From a virus: DNA of 64,000 nucleotides. Shown here piece by piece: positions 18,354 to 28,044 of the stretch. Each line of letters opens with the position of its first letter. Position 1 is the stretch's first letter. The position numbers and the translations under genes are program-made. Location of the stretch: IMG/VR virus record IMGVR_UViG_3300044615_000494. One strand, written 5' to 3'. The notes below the pieces were generated by a model. The model searched no databases, had not been told where the DNA came from, and worked only from the letters and a program-made list of their open reading frames with translations.

Positions 18354-19919
18354 TTACTGTACGGTTTTCACACCCTTGTAAAACTTGATAGCACCTTTTA
18401 ACGACTTGTTATTCAACACGTTGTCCGGATACACAATGATATCCATGATGCCGTCACCATCAAAGTCTGCCATTTCGGACATATGCTTATCAACATCATG
18501 CAATACAAACTTAGACAGATCGCCGATATCTAACTTTTTGAAAGTAGAGTCTTTCTGGTTGATATAGATACGACTGATCTCATTAGTCTTTCCTGGACCC
18601 ACACTCATGACAAGATCATCATAACCATCTTTGTTGACATCGATGCATTGCAGTCTGCCACCAGTGAGATTAGTTTCCCCGGGTATGTTTAGAGCAGTTC
18701 TAATAAGTTCCTTACCTTTGATCGTGTATGCAGTTAGTTCGACATCAAAATTAAGATTTTCAAACTTTAATTCCGTACCGGAAGCATATAACGTTTTTAA
18801 TGTGGGCATGTATGTGACACCTACAGAGAAGGGCTCACTATTACCCATTCTAACCGTGCAAAGATTTTCAACTCCGCCCATAGTACCGGCAAGTACATGC
18901 TTACCTTTATACTCATAGACATCAACTGGTTTTCTATCTCCGGCGTAATTGATTATAGATTGACCAGACGCTATTAATTTCATCTCAGGGTTCACATGAT
19001 TAGTAGGGAACCATGAACCATTCTCCATATAGTAACCTTCTACACCATAATGTCCTCGAAAGAATGTTTGCTGTACCATCCTGTTCGATGATTTGTTATC
19101 AGTAGAATAGAAATTAAAAGTCACAGGACTGATGCCGGGAAGTATACCATCGTGTACAGTATGTAAACTCACTCCATTCCACATATATTTGTGATTCTGT
19201 CTATAGACTCCTAGATCGCTGGGGAAGCCGGCAGCGGTGACGAATTGTTTTCCATAATAGTCAACACCGTGACCTATGCTACCATAGTACTTACCTTCAC
19301 CAGTCCTGTGCATCTTATACTTTTTGTTAGGTTGACTTACGTAAGCCACTACATAACCTGTGACTAACGAACCAGCATCGTTGCTCCTACCATCAGACTG
19401 ATTAGTAGAGTAAAAGATATCTTTTAATCCGTCACCGTTGATATCAAGTATAGAATAAATGAATCCAGAACACGATTGGCTATCTCTGGTTCCCTCGATA
19501 TACTTTTCGCTAGCGTCAACAAACTTGCCTTCACTATTCAATTCATAGATAACTGTCAAACTTTTGCAGGGCTCTGCTACATAACTACGCCATAATAGAT
19601 CAGAACCTTTGCCCTTGTGAAAGGTCATGAGAAATTCAAGTTTACCGTCATTGTTGAGATCGACTGCTATGCTACCTGCCACCTTAGCGGGATAATTTTT
19701 ACCCGAAAGATCAAGCGGCGCGCTAGCGTGTGCAGGATCAAAAAACCAGTACGTCAATGTAGGATCGGGGAAAGCACCTGCTACTTCTTGAAAGTAGTCT
19801 TTGGATACTACTGCGGCCTGAGTGACCGGGGCATTATTAGTAGTCGGGGCAGGATTACTTCCACCGCCACCGCATGCAGTAAGAATGATACTGCTAACAA
19901 CATAAGCAACCTTGCGCAT
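18354..19919 (-). CDS. FG-GAP/VCBS-repeat beta-propeller lipoprotein
   Basis: Lipobox ILTA-C-GGGG; repeats DLNNDGKLEF, DINGDGLKDI, DVNKDGYDDL, DFDGDGIMDI. Confidence 0.8.
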   Translation of the reverse strand: MRKVAYVVSSIILTACGGGGSNPAPTTNNAPVTQAAVVSKDYFQEVAGAFPDPTLTYWFFDPAHASAPLDLSGKNYPAKVAGSIAVDLNNDGKLEFLMTFHKGKGSDLLWRSYVAEPCKSLTVIYELNSEGKFVDASEKYIEGTRDSQSCSGFIYSILDINGDGLKDIFYSTNQSDGRSNDAGSLVTGYVVAYVSQPNKKYKMHRTGEGKYYGSIGHGVDYYGKQFVTAAGFPSDLGVYRQNHKYMWNGVSLHTVHDGILPGISPVTFNFYSTDNKSSNRMVQQTFFRGHYGVEGYYMENGSWFPTNHVNPEMKLIASGQSIINYAGDRKPVDVYEYKGKHVLAGTMGGVENLCTVRMGNSEPFSVGVTYMPTLKTLYASGTELKFENLNFDVELTAYTIKGKELIRTALNIPGETNLTGGRLQCIDVNKDGYDDLVMSVGPGKTNEISRIYINQKDSTFKKLDIGDLSKFVLHDVDKHMSEMADFDGDGIMDIIVYPDNVLNNKSLKGAIKFYKGVKTVQ

Positions 19920-19976
19920 AATCGATATCCATAGTTACAACAGATATGACTATGTTAACAGATTACATGTAAAAGG

Positions 19977-20147
19977 TCAAGACCCTCTGCCCGTTTTTCG
20001 GGTAACTGCAGGGCCGCCAAAACCCTTACTTACCTTACCCTTTTTTCCGTTATTAGGATTGAACTGTCCTTTATTATTCGCTTGTATCGCTTTCTTACGT
20101 GCTAGTAATTCTGCGATTGGGTTTTTTGTTTTATTATCTTCGCTCAT
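19977..20147 (-). CDS. Small basic protein (56 aa)
   Basis: Hand translation MSEDNKTKNPIAELLARKKAIQANNKGQFNPNNGKKGKVSKGFGGPAVTRKTGRGS. Confidence 0.55.
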   Translation of the reverse strand: MSEDNKTKNPIAELLARKKAIQANNKGQFNPNNGKKGKVSKGFGGPAVTRKTGRGS

Positions 20148-20941
20148 GTGAATATAGGTCCTTCTGTTTCAGGTCTCAACGACCTGTTATTTTTAAAACT
20201 AAAGTTCTTGCAAAATACGCTGGTGCACCAAGCATTATAATTATTCCAACCTGGACCCCAGAAATCTATTCGCTTATACCCTTTATCTATCAAGTACTGT
20301 TGCAAAGTGTTATACTGCCAGCGATCACTGTTGTCCAATATGATCAACGTATCGTCTCTTGCTCGTTCGACGGCTAACACACCGCTTAATGCTCTAGCCA
20401 TACCGTCTAACACGATCACATCAAAATATCCTTGTGGATAATTATATAAAGTGCTGGCGTAGCCAGCGAATTCGTTGTTAATCAATCCATGCCTGACATC
20501 GTGATCCCTGTCATCACTACGTATCTGCGGAAAGTTTGTAATGAAGTTGTTTACGACTTCCAATGCATCATCGTGTACTTTTGCATTTTGATCTACTACA
20601 TGTATCACTGCATTAGGTGCCTTTTCTTTGACATGATCTACCCAGGTGATATCATGCTCGACACTAACTGTTTCTCTCACGTAATTGTTAAAGAATAGTG
20701 TGCTGTATCCACAACCATATTCGAATACTTTACTTTCTTTTGACAATACATCTTTTAAGAATGCGATTGCTGGAAATGTCATCCACGGGGTCACACCTTC
20801 TTCATCGCAAGGATGATCATGGAACCATCCATGCTCTTGCAAATATAGGTATGCGTGTGTGCTTAAATGTGAACTAAGATCGTTGGTGAGACTTAAACGT
20901 TTTACACCTTCGTGTTCTACTAATACTATAGGTTTTTTCAT
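20144..20941 (-). CDS. Class I SAM-dependent methyltransferase
   Basis: VFEYGCGYST (motif I), VSVEHD, FDVIVLDGMAR, LIILDNSDR. Confidence 0.75.
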   Translation of the reverse strand: MKKPIVLVEHEGVKRLSLTNDLSSHLSTHAYLYLQEHGWFHDHPCDEEGVTPWMTFPAIAFLKDVLSKESKVFEYGCGYSTLFFNNYVRETVSVEHDITWVDHVKEKAPNAVIHVVDQNAKVHDDALEVVNNFITNFPQIRSDDRDHDVRHGLINNEFAGYASTLYNYPQGYFDVIVLDGMARALSGVLAVERARDDTLIILDNSDRWQYNTLQQYLIDKGYKRIDFWGPGWNNYNAWCTSVFCKNFSFKNNRSLRPETEGPIFT

Positions 20942-21342
20942 GTCTTTGCTGATTCAAGATATTCTAAGAAACTGCCATATAATGTGATCATCATGGCAAT
21001 TTTACTATCATATATGCGTATATATGCTGTTTTAGCCTGCTGATTTTTTAATCCTATATACCAAGGACATTTTATTTTTTTGCCTAGTTTCAGCGTGAAC
21101 CTCTTTAGGTCTTCTTTTTTCAGACCTTTATGCTTGTCACCCACAAACAAAGGAAAATCATAATGCTCTATCTCAGCGAGTGAGAAGGCATCCATACCGT
21201 CTTCAGTAAGGCGCAGGCCAGAACCACTGCGTCCTGTAGCCCACCATTTAAATAACAAATCGTTGATTGAGTTTTTAGGTTGAGATAAGTCTATCTCTAG
21301 TATTTCTATCAGTGCTTGTGTGATAAGTTCTTTATTCTTCAT
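20938..21342 (-). CDS. Hypothetical protein
   Basis: 134-aa tiled ORF. Confidence 0.7.
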   Translation of the reverse strand: MKNKELITQALIEILEIDLSQPKNSINDLLFKWWATGRSGSGLRLTEDGMDAFSLAEIEHYDFPLFVGDKHKGLKKEDLKRFTLKLGKKIKCPWYIGLKNQQAKTAYIRIYDSKIAMMITLYGSFLEYLESAKT

Positions 21343-21628
21343 CTGGGTAAACTTGTCTACCCTGGTTCATGAACACCACTGTAAACTTATCAGTTTTGAA
21401 TTGATTGTTTAACTTACGACACAAGTTTCTAGCATGTCCTGGATTACTGAAACTAGTCTTTTTATACTTAGGAGCCGCTTCGTTCGCTAGGTAATGCTGA
21501 CTCTTGAGATTGATCGGTTGTCCCTCATAAAACACAGCCCAAATACCAGAAGCCTCTACTATCTGGTCGCACTTGTACGTTGTTTTGTCAACATGCTCAA
21601 GTATTATTTTTGGTTGTGTTCTGCTCAT
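21332..21628 (-). CDS. Conserved phage hypothetical protein
   Basis: IWAVFYEGQPINLK...YKKTSFSNPGHA. Confidence 0.7.
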   Translation of the reverse strand: MSRTQPKIILEHVDKTTYKCDQIVEASGIWAVFYEGQPINLKSQHYLANEAAPKYKKTSFSNPGHARNLCRKLNNQFKTDKFTVVFMNQGRQVYPDEE

Positions 21629-21828
21629 TTAAATTTTCCACCTGTAATCTCTACTTTGATAACTTCCTCAGTTTTTTTATCCTCATTATTAAGTTCATGT
21701 AGATCAGCAAGTAACTTCGCTATCTCATCCCTCAATACTCTAGCCTCTGACATGGGTAAAACAAGATCCTTAGACCTTTTGCTGTCCAAATGAGAGACTT
21801 TATCCATGAATCTCTTTATCTGAATCAT
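21625..21828 (-). CDS. Hypothetical protein
   Basis: 67 aa; TAAATA 6 nt upstream of ATG. Confidence 0.65.
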   Translation of the reverse strand: MIQIKRFMDKVSHLDSKRSKDLVLPMSEARVLRDEIAKLLADLHELNNEDKKTEEVIKVEITGGKFK

Positions 21829-21833
21829 CTTAA

Positions 21834-22283
21834 TTATTTATGTGTTTTGGCCTCATCTTCTGATTTAAACGGACCCTCATAGGGGTATCGCTGTATGAAG
21901 ATGTATTTGGGGCAAAAAACTGTCTGATTATGTCCATTTTGATCTATATTAAACCATCCTGCTACATGATAACACTTGCTTTTTGTCGTTTTTGTAAAGA
22001 TATGTAACTTACGCTTGACATCAAACATATTGTTATATGTCTTGTTAGTAGTAGGATATTCAGGATAAGGCATCTCTACCTTAGTCCTATTACTCTTCAT
22101 AGGTTGAAAACTAATCTTAGTCTTCTTTTGTATATCCTTAGTATTGTTAAATTGTAGTGTGCTACCATTGATCATGACTTCATAGCCCGCGCTATTGGCC
22201 TGCACATTACCTACTTTTTTCTCACCGTCAGTCACGACCCAATATTGGTCTTTGATGATTGGTTTCGCTATTAGTTCTGTCAT
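21834..22283 (-). CDS. Hypothetical protein
   Basis: 149 aa; GAGG SD. Confidence 0.7.
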   Translation of the reverse strand: MTELIAKPIIKDQYWVVTDGEKKVGNVQANSAGYEVMINGSTLQFNNTKDIQKKTKISFQPMKSNRTKVEMPYPEYPTTNKTYNNMFDVKRKLHIFTKTTKSKCYHVAGWFNIDQNGHNQTVFCPKYIFIQRYPYEGPFKSEDEAKTHK

Positions 22284-22292
22284 ATTTCCTCT

Positions 22293-22895
22293 TTACGTTA
22301 TCTCTATGAAATTAAAAATCTGTACTATCCTAGCATCTTCATCTTGCTCTCCGAACACCGGGCCTATGCCATGGAATTTGTTAGCAGGATATAGCAAGAA
22401 TCTATTATAAACAATGTTTGATACAGTGTGTATAGTCCATTTATCTAATTGGTTAAATTCATTATTTTGAATAATATGCTTAAGATGCTCTTTGCTCAAT
22501 GCTCTATCTGAGTTGGTTGACTTTTGGTTATAAAAGATAGTACCGGGGGTGTCTTCTCTGTTTTTAGAAAGATACAACACACCCGCATAATAATTGGCAT
22601 CAACGGAATCCGCATGTAACAAGTTTGATGATACCGTACCTTTTTTACTAATCCTAAAAGAACCGTTATCCATCTGTCTCAACTGGCGCATATTCTTATT
22701 TAGAATCTTAGAAATTTTCACATCGATCCAAGTAGGGGAATACGTATCCTTGCTCATTTTTCCTGGCCAAGGTGCATCACCAAACTTATAGCCTGATGAT
22801 TTTTTATCTTCGTAATATTCGGAAGACAAAGCCATATCTCTGATACTATCAGGATCATCATAGAAATCATCGATTATGATTAATCCTAAATTCAT
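22293..22895 (-). CDS. 2OG-Fe(II) oxygenase-like protein (DUF6445-like)
   Basis: IIIDDFYDDPDSIR; LHADS (HxD); YAGVLYLS; YNRFLLYPANKFHG; RIVQIF. Confidence 0.65.
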   Translation of the reverse strand: MNLGLIIIDDFYDDPDSIRDMALSSEYYEDKKSSGYKFGDAPWPGKMSKDTYSPTWIDVKISKILNKNMRQLRQMDNGSFRISKKGTVSSNLLHADSVDANYYAGVLYLSKNREDTPGTIFYNQKSTNSDRALSKEHLKHIIQNNEFNQLDKWTIHTVSNIVYNRFLLYPANKFHGIGPVFGEQDEDARIVQIFNFIEIT

Positions 22896-23116
22896 TCTGA
22901 TATGCTCTCCCAAAACAATTCGTTATCCTTGACATTTGCTATGGGTTTGAGCCAACCTCTATCAATACAATCTAGTAAAATTGATTTATATTCCCTAGGA
23001 CATTTATCACTAATTTCAAACCCTGCTCTAGGTGCCATAACTAATCCATCGATAATATGAAACTTTGGATCACCCGATTTAAGAGTTCGAATAGATGTTT
23101 GAGTAACCTTAAACAT
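22892..23116 (-). CDS. Hypothetical protein
   Basis: Tiled small ORF. Confidence 0.55.
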   Translation of the reverse strand: MFKVTQTSIRTLKSGDPKFHIIDGLVMAPRAGFEISDKCPREYKSILLDCIDRGWLKPIANVKDNELFWESISE

Positions 23117-24119
23117 TTGCCAACTCACCTGTATAAGGATTGTTCAACCACTTTGCATAACTATCAGCCTGGTCGCTGATCTTTTGCAATTCATACTTGC
23201 CACAAAACTTCATGAAGTGAACACCAACTTGCGGTGTCGTCTTGAGGCGCACACCTGTAGTGATGCTAGCATCAACTATCTGCTTAATTTCATCAGGCTG
23301 CGCAGTCAGATCAATCAATAATCTATTACGTTCATAATCTTCACGTACACGATGTTCGACACCATCGGGGTCTACCCAACGCTGTAGCATCATGTTGTTC
23401 CAATTAAAGCCCTGCTTAGTGCGGTCAGCATATGCTTCGATGAGACCGACTTTGTTCTTGCTACCCTTAGTACGCACTCCAGGATAAGCACTGAACACAT
23501 TATCACCCGCGTCACCGCGCATGATCTTCTCAAACAATACAAATTGTGGATCACCAAGCAACTTGGGTTCTTTAGTCTTTTTATCTTTGACTGGCTTACC
23601 CTTGTCATCAAAATAACCTTCAAGAGTAATTAGTTGGTTTGCGACACCGTTGTACTGCTTGACGTTGGGTGCGATCAATTGAATATAGTCTGTGTCGCTA
23701 CTGATGATCACATGTTCATCGTTGGGATGTAGATGTACGAATCGTGCGATGAGGTCGTCTGCCTCAGCACGTTCATGTCGCAACACACTTACGTTAGTCT
23801 TCTCACGCAAAAACGTAGTGAACATATCATACGTTTCCCAGAACATCTTATTTTCTTCTGCTTCTGCCTCAGTGAGGCTTTGCTCTGCAACTTTACGATG
23901 TGCCTTATAAGGTGCATACACATCCTTGCGCCAACTACGACCCTCAAGACAGAATACGACATGATCGATTCCATATTTGCGAACAGCCTGATTGACACTT
24001 GATAATGTCAAGTGCAGAGCCATGCCGATCTTTTCCCAAGTATCGCTATTGCGACTGGCAACATGTCGGGCACGGAAAAATGTATTAGCAGTATCAATCA
24101 GAGCATATTTCACAATCAC
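23109..24119 (-). CDS. rnh: T4-type RNase H / 5'-3' flap exonuclease
   Basis: LIDTANTFFR; EADDLIA; SSDTDYIQL; MRGDAGDNVFS; ERNRLLIDL. Confidence 0.88.
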   Translation of the reverse strand: MIVKYALIDTANTFFRARHVASRNSDTWEKIGMALHLTLSSVNQAVRKYGIDHVVFCLEGRSWRKDVYAPYKAHRKVAEQSLTEAEAEENKMFWETYDMFTTFLREKTNVSVLRHERAEADDLIARFVHLHPNDEHVIISSDTDYIQLIAPNVKQYNGVANQLITLEGYFDDKGKPVKDKKTKEPKLLGDPQFVLFEKIMRGDAGDNVFSAYPGVRTKGSKNKVGLIEAYADRTKQGFNWNNMMLQRWVDPDGVEHRVREDYERNRLLIDLTAQPDEIKQIVDASITTGVRLKTTPQVGVHFMKFCGKYELQKISDQADSYAKWLNNPYTGELANV

Positions 24120-24146
24120 ACCTATTTAGTAGAATAATATACGTAT

Positions 24147-24175
24147 ATTATACTAGGTGTTTGCGAACATGTCAA
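24147..24175 (-). promoter_or_regulatory. Consensus sigma70 promoter
   Basis: TTGACA-17-TATAAT. Confidence 0.85.
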
Positions 24176-24193
24176 CTAACTTAGGTACAGCCT

Positions 24194-25237
24194 TTACCCA
24201 AAGTTAAACAACATGATACCTGTGGGTTCGACTTTGTTTTTGGACAGTACCATTATGCTTTCATCTGTATTCAGATTTGATTTGGCACTAGGTCGTACCT
24301 TATTCTTAAGGTCAGTGGTCTGTATATGATGATAGCCCAAACTTTTTGCCAAGGATAAAGTATCCTCGTACAATTTATAATTTGAAAAATTCTTTATGTT
24401 AACTAGCAATTTACCTTCAGCAATTAGATATTTGTTGATGTTCACCAATGTGGGCTTAAGATAATTGTCTAGCCATTGTTGATAAGTAGTTCCGGGTTTA
24501 TACGATTGATTACCTACCCTATAATCTTCAAGATTAAAATATGGAGGACTACTAAAAGCCAATCCAATCGTGTTCTCCCATTCAGGCACATACACCTCAC
24601 TACCCTGGCATCGTATGTCGTATTTGCTATCTGTTAGGTTGGCTGTATCATAATCCTTTGCCATTTCAAATAATCTGTCAACCAACAAGTTATTAGGATC
24701 TGTCCCATAATACTCTACTTTATTTTTGATTGCGCTTAGTAATCTTACACCCCAACCACAACTAAAATCATAATACTTGTTATTCACATTGTAATATTTC
24801 AATATGTGGTCGGCAGTCTGCATTGGAAAGTTGCTCGGTTTCATAGCAACTCCCCCACCAGAAATTCTTAACGCCGTCTCTAAATTTTGTATATCAGTAT
24901 TTGTTTTTGGATACACTTTTTCACTGGCTAATGTGCGGCTATAAAAATATTTTATCAGATCATTTGACTCAAATACCTCTTCTATGCTCCAGCGAGGGGT
25001 TTCAAGTTTTACTTTTGCCATCAAATCTTTATAGTAATAGTTGGCTATATCACCTATCGCAGTACCACCGCGCTTTACGCTTTTCAAATTTTCTTTTACA
25101 AGGTTGTAGTCGGGTTTAGTATAATACTGTTGTTTTAATTCAATACACTTTTCAACAGGCAGGTCATAATAATGGTCGGTGTACAAAACCTTACCAAGAT
25201 GTTCAATGGTATATTTTTTCTTAGTGGTTTTAGCCAC
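24194..25237 (-). CDS. Amino (N6A/N4C) DNA methyltransferase-like protein
   Basis: YYDFSCGWGVRLL (motif I), YYGTDPN, AFSSPPYFNLEDY (motif IV SPPY). Confidence 0.8.
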   Translation of the reverse strand: MAKTTKKKYTIEHLGKVLYTDHYYDLPVEKCIELKQQYYTKPDYNLVKENLKSVKRGGTAIGDIANYYYKDLMAKVKLETPRWSIEEVFESNDLIKYFYSRTLASEKVYPKTNTDIQNLETALRISGGGVAMKPSNFPMQTADHILKYYNVNNKYYDFSCGWGVRLLSAIKNKVEYYGTDPNNLLVDRLFEMAKDYDTANLTDSKYDIRCQGSEVYVPEWENTIGLAFSSPPYFNLEDYRVGNQSYKPGTTYQQWLDNYLKPTLVNINKYLIAEGKLLVNIKNFSNYKLYEDTLSLAKSLGYHHIQTTDLKNKVRPSAKSNLNTDESIMVLSKNKVEPTGIMLFNFG

Positions 25238-25252
25238 GATACTTTTATGTTA

Positions 25253-25696
25253 TCAACTGATTTCGGTTCGTCCGTTACCCAAATCTCGTTGTCTGATTAC
25301 TCTGAGATTATCTGCGTTCCTGCGCTTTTCTGGGTCTGCTATCTCTTGCTCATACATCTCAAGTGCGATGTTACGGCAAACTGCTTGAAACCAGCGATCT
25401 ACGATCTCGTTGTCGGTATCAGTCTCGCTTTTCTTATATCCTGACTTAATTAGATTAAGAAGGAACTTATCGTTCCAATCTAATTCAAAAGCGCCGTTGT
25501 TGATGTTGTTGGGGTCAATGTCTACTCTATTGATAGCGATATAAGGATCACCATCTTTAGTGGCCTGCTCTTTGGGACTGAGTTTCTTTTCAGTTTTTTC
25601 TTTCTTAGGTTTGGAGGAATCCTCGCTCGGTGGATTCGGCCTCGGCTCTGGTTTTTTCGCTCCTAACCCAAAAATACTTTTAATCTTATTGAACAT
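25253..25696 (-). CDS. Conserved phage hypothetical protein
   Basis: NNGAFELDWNDKF...IVDRWFQAVCRNI. Confidence 0.7.
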   Translation of the reverse strand: MFNKIKSIFGLGAKKPEPRPNPPSEDSSKPKKEKTEKKLSPKEQATKDGDPYIAINRVDIDPNNINNGAFELDWNDKFLLNLIKSGYKKSETDTDNEIVDRWFQAVCRNIALEMYEQEIADPEKRRNADNLRVIRQRDLGNGRTEIS

Positions 25697-26255
25697 TCTT
25701 AGCCCTGGTAATAGCGCCACGCACCGCAGTTTGTAACGCATTGTTTAAATCTACATTGTACTTATTGTTGGCAACTACGTAACCAGAAATTTCTTTAATG
25801 TCATTGAGATTAATTTTCAAGTCGAATCCATCTCCCGTTTTATGCAGATTACGAATGACCGTTTCTTTGTCAACAAGAAAACACCCATCGTTTCGTAATA
25901 CTATTGTAATGTCGCAAATTAATTCAGGTTCTAACATGTCCTTATTATTCGTGCCATTACTATTTGTAAATTTGACAATGAATGTTTTTCTGCTTTTACC
26001 ATTCTTTTTATACATGCTTTGACTTAACTGGCTTTTTAACTCAATAGTAGTATTATGTTTTGGCCAATCAAAGTCTTTGTGATCCTCTCTCACACAAATT
26101 AATGAGGAATCTTGCATAGCAATTAATTCTTCGCAGACGAATCCCTTTAAAAATCTGAGTTGTCTGTCATTCAACTCTTCTAGGCTATTACCAAAATTAA
26201 TGATAAATTGCCAGTCGTATTTTTTAAGATCATTGATTATTTGTTGCATATTCAT
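25686..26255 (-). CDS. Putative PD-(D/E)xK nuclease
   Basis: CEELIA...HKDF...TIELKSQ spacing resembles E..D..ExK. Confidence 0.4.
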   Translation of the reverse strand: MNMQQIINDLKKYDWQFIINFGNSLEELNDRQLRFLKGFVCEELIAMQDSSLICVREDHKDFDWPKHNTTIELKSQLSQSMYKKNGKSRKTFIVKFTNSNGTNNKDMLEPELICDITIVLRNDGCFLVDKETVIRNLHKTGDGFDLKINLNDIKEISGYVVANNKYNVDLNNALQTAVRGAITRAKNVQ

Positions 26256-27261
26256 ATAGTTTAAAACTTGCAAGATTTTTAGCCTTGCTTTCGCACATTA
26301 TATCAGCCCATGAACGATGTGTCAATGCCCAATTATTTACTGCTTCATTCCAGTAGTAATCACTATGAGCGCGTAGTTTCTGTTTGTTATGGCCGCTTTC
26401 TAGTAGTGTAGTCAAGCACGGACGGCTGACGGTGCAGGCACTTGGTAGATGCTCTTCTCTACTGACACTATAGTGTATGACAGGGCGCACGCCACGCCAA
26501 CTATCAATAACCATGCCAATACGGGGATCAGTTTTTTCAATGTATTCTCCTGTTTTAATCCAATTGTGATGAATGTCGAGTACGATAGGAACAAGGTCAG
26601 CCAACTCTAGGCACGAATCGAGACCCCACGACATTTCTTCGTTTTCGATTGTGAGTCCATTTCTTGCTTCGGGGCTGAGTCTGTTGTAGGCCCGCCGGAT
26701 GCCTTCGGGACCTTGGCGACCACTGATGTGGACGTTGATTTTAATGTCCTGAAATGATTTACCATACCCCATGAAACGGGCCATATCTGCATGATATTCG
26801 AACTCCTCGATACTCTTATTTACTACCTCAGGACGATCACTTGCAAGAACAACAAACTGATCAGGGTGAAAACTTAGTCGTACATCATTGGCACGTGCAG
26901 TCTCACCTATAGGAGCCATCCAACGTTCTAGTGTATCCTGTACATCTCTACGTAACCAAAAGTCTTTGTACTCATCCATTGTATAGAAACTAAACATATC
27001 GCTTGTGATACGCAACATACGTAGTTCATGCGGTAGTTCTGCTACCTTTTTGACAAGCGCATGGGTATTGAGGATGTTGCGTTTGGCTACATCAATGATC
27101 TTGTCTTCAACTACTTGCCGCGATTTTTGACGTTTTGCCCACGCAAAAGTCGTGCCACCTGTGTTGAGGCCCTCGGTGCTAGCGATCTCGCCTTTTTTAT
27201 TGATCTCTGCCCATTTGCAGGCAAAGCCAATGCGTTTGATATTAATATTGAAGGTAGTCAT
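26230..27261 (-). CDS. uvsE: UV-damage endonuclease
   Basis: RIGFACK; LRMLRITSD; VRLSFHPDQFVVLAS; INVHISG; LTIENEE; IVLDIHH; HYS; AHSD; DIMCESKAKN. Confidence 0.92.
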   Translation of the reverse strand: MTTFNINIKRIGFACKWAEINKKGEIASTEGLNTGGTTFAWAKRQKSRQVVEDKIIDVAKRNILNTHALVKKVAELPHELRMLRITSDMFSFYTMDEYKDFWLRRDVQDTLERWMAPIGETARANDVRLSFHPDQFVVLASDRPEVVNKSIEEFEYHADMARFMGYGKSFQDIKINVHISGRQGPEGIRRAYNRLSPEARNGLTIENEEMSWGLDSCLELADLVPIVLDIHHNWIKTGEYIEKTDPRIGMVIDSWRGVRPVIHYSVSREEHLPSACTVSRPCLTTLLESGHNKQKLRAHSDYYWNEAVNNWALTHRSWADIMCESKAKNLASFKLYEYATNNQ

Positions 27262-27267
27262 GATATA

Positions 27268-27296
27268 AATATAACACAATAGATTATGAATGTCAA
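27268..27296 (-). promoter_or_regulatory. sigma70 promoter giving a leaderless uvsE transcript
   Basis: TTGACA-17-TATATT-6 nt-ATG. Confidence 0.7.
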
Positions 27297-27305
27297 CACC
27301 AACTT

Positions 27306-28010
27306 ATGAAGTATGAGCCAAATCAAAAATACACTTATGTGACTAATGGGCAACGCAAGATTTCTATAGACTTCATGGGATTCTTGAATGGGGGCGGTAC
27401 GTGGGGAAGTGTAAGGTTCATAAATACTCTCCAAAAATATTATCCTAACAAGTCTTTCCAAAAATGTTTAGAATGGTGCAGCGGCCCGGGCTTCATAGGC
27501 TTTGAACTATTATCTAATAATATTTGCTCAGAGTTAAGTTTTATGGACATATATCAGCCTGCTTTGGACAACATAGCAGAGACTATAAAAAATAATGGAC
27601 TCACTGACAAGATAACATTGCATAACGTAGGAAAACTGTCAGAATTATCAGGAGAAAAATATGACCTGATATTGGGTAATCCTCCATGGCACAAAAAAGC
27701 CCCTGCTAGATTCGCTATCAAAGACGGTGAATATAATGGGGATTTCATGCGTAGAAATGTAGACGAAGGACTAGTGATACACAAAGAGTTTTTCAATCAC
27801 GTGGGCGACCATTTAAATGAAAAGGGAGTGGTCATCATTAGCGCATTAGACAATCGATATGACGATCCTAGACATATAGGGGTCAGCATACATGACTTCT
27901 ATTCTATGGCCAAGAATACTCCGCTAAAATTGATCGATATTTATTATCCTGATAGAGACTTGTCTAAGGGCTATTCTACCACATATTACGCTGTATTTGA
28001 AAAAAGGTAA
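27306..28010 (+). CDS. PrmC/HemK-like SAM methyltransferase
   Basis: CLEWCSGPGFIG; FMDIYQPAL; YDLILGNPPW. Confidence 0.75.
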   Translation: MKYEPNQKYTYVTNGQRKISIDFMGFLNGGGTWGSVRFINTLQKYYPNKSFQKCLEWCSGPGFIGFELLSNNICSELSFMDIYQPALDNIAETIKNNGLTDKITLHNVGKLSELSGEKYDLILGNPPWHKKAPARFAIKDGEYNGDFMRRNVDEGLVIHKEFFNHVGDHLNEKGVVIISALDNRYDDPRHIGVSIHDFYSMAKNTPLKLIDIYYPDRDLSKGYSTTYYAVFEKR

Positions 28011-28044
28011 TTTCGATAAATACTACATATTTAGGACTATAAAC

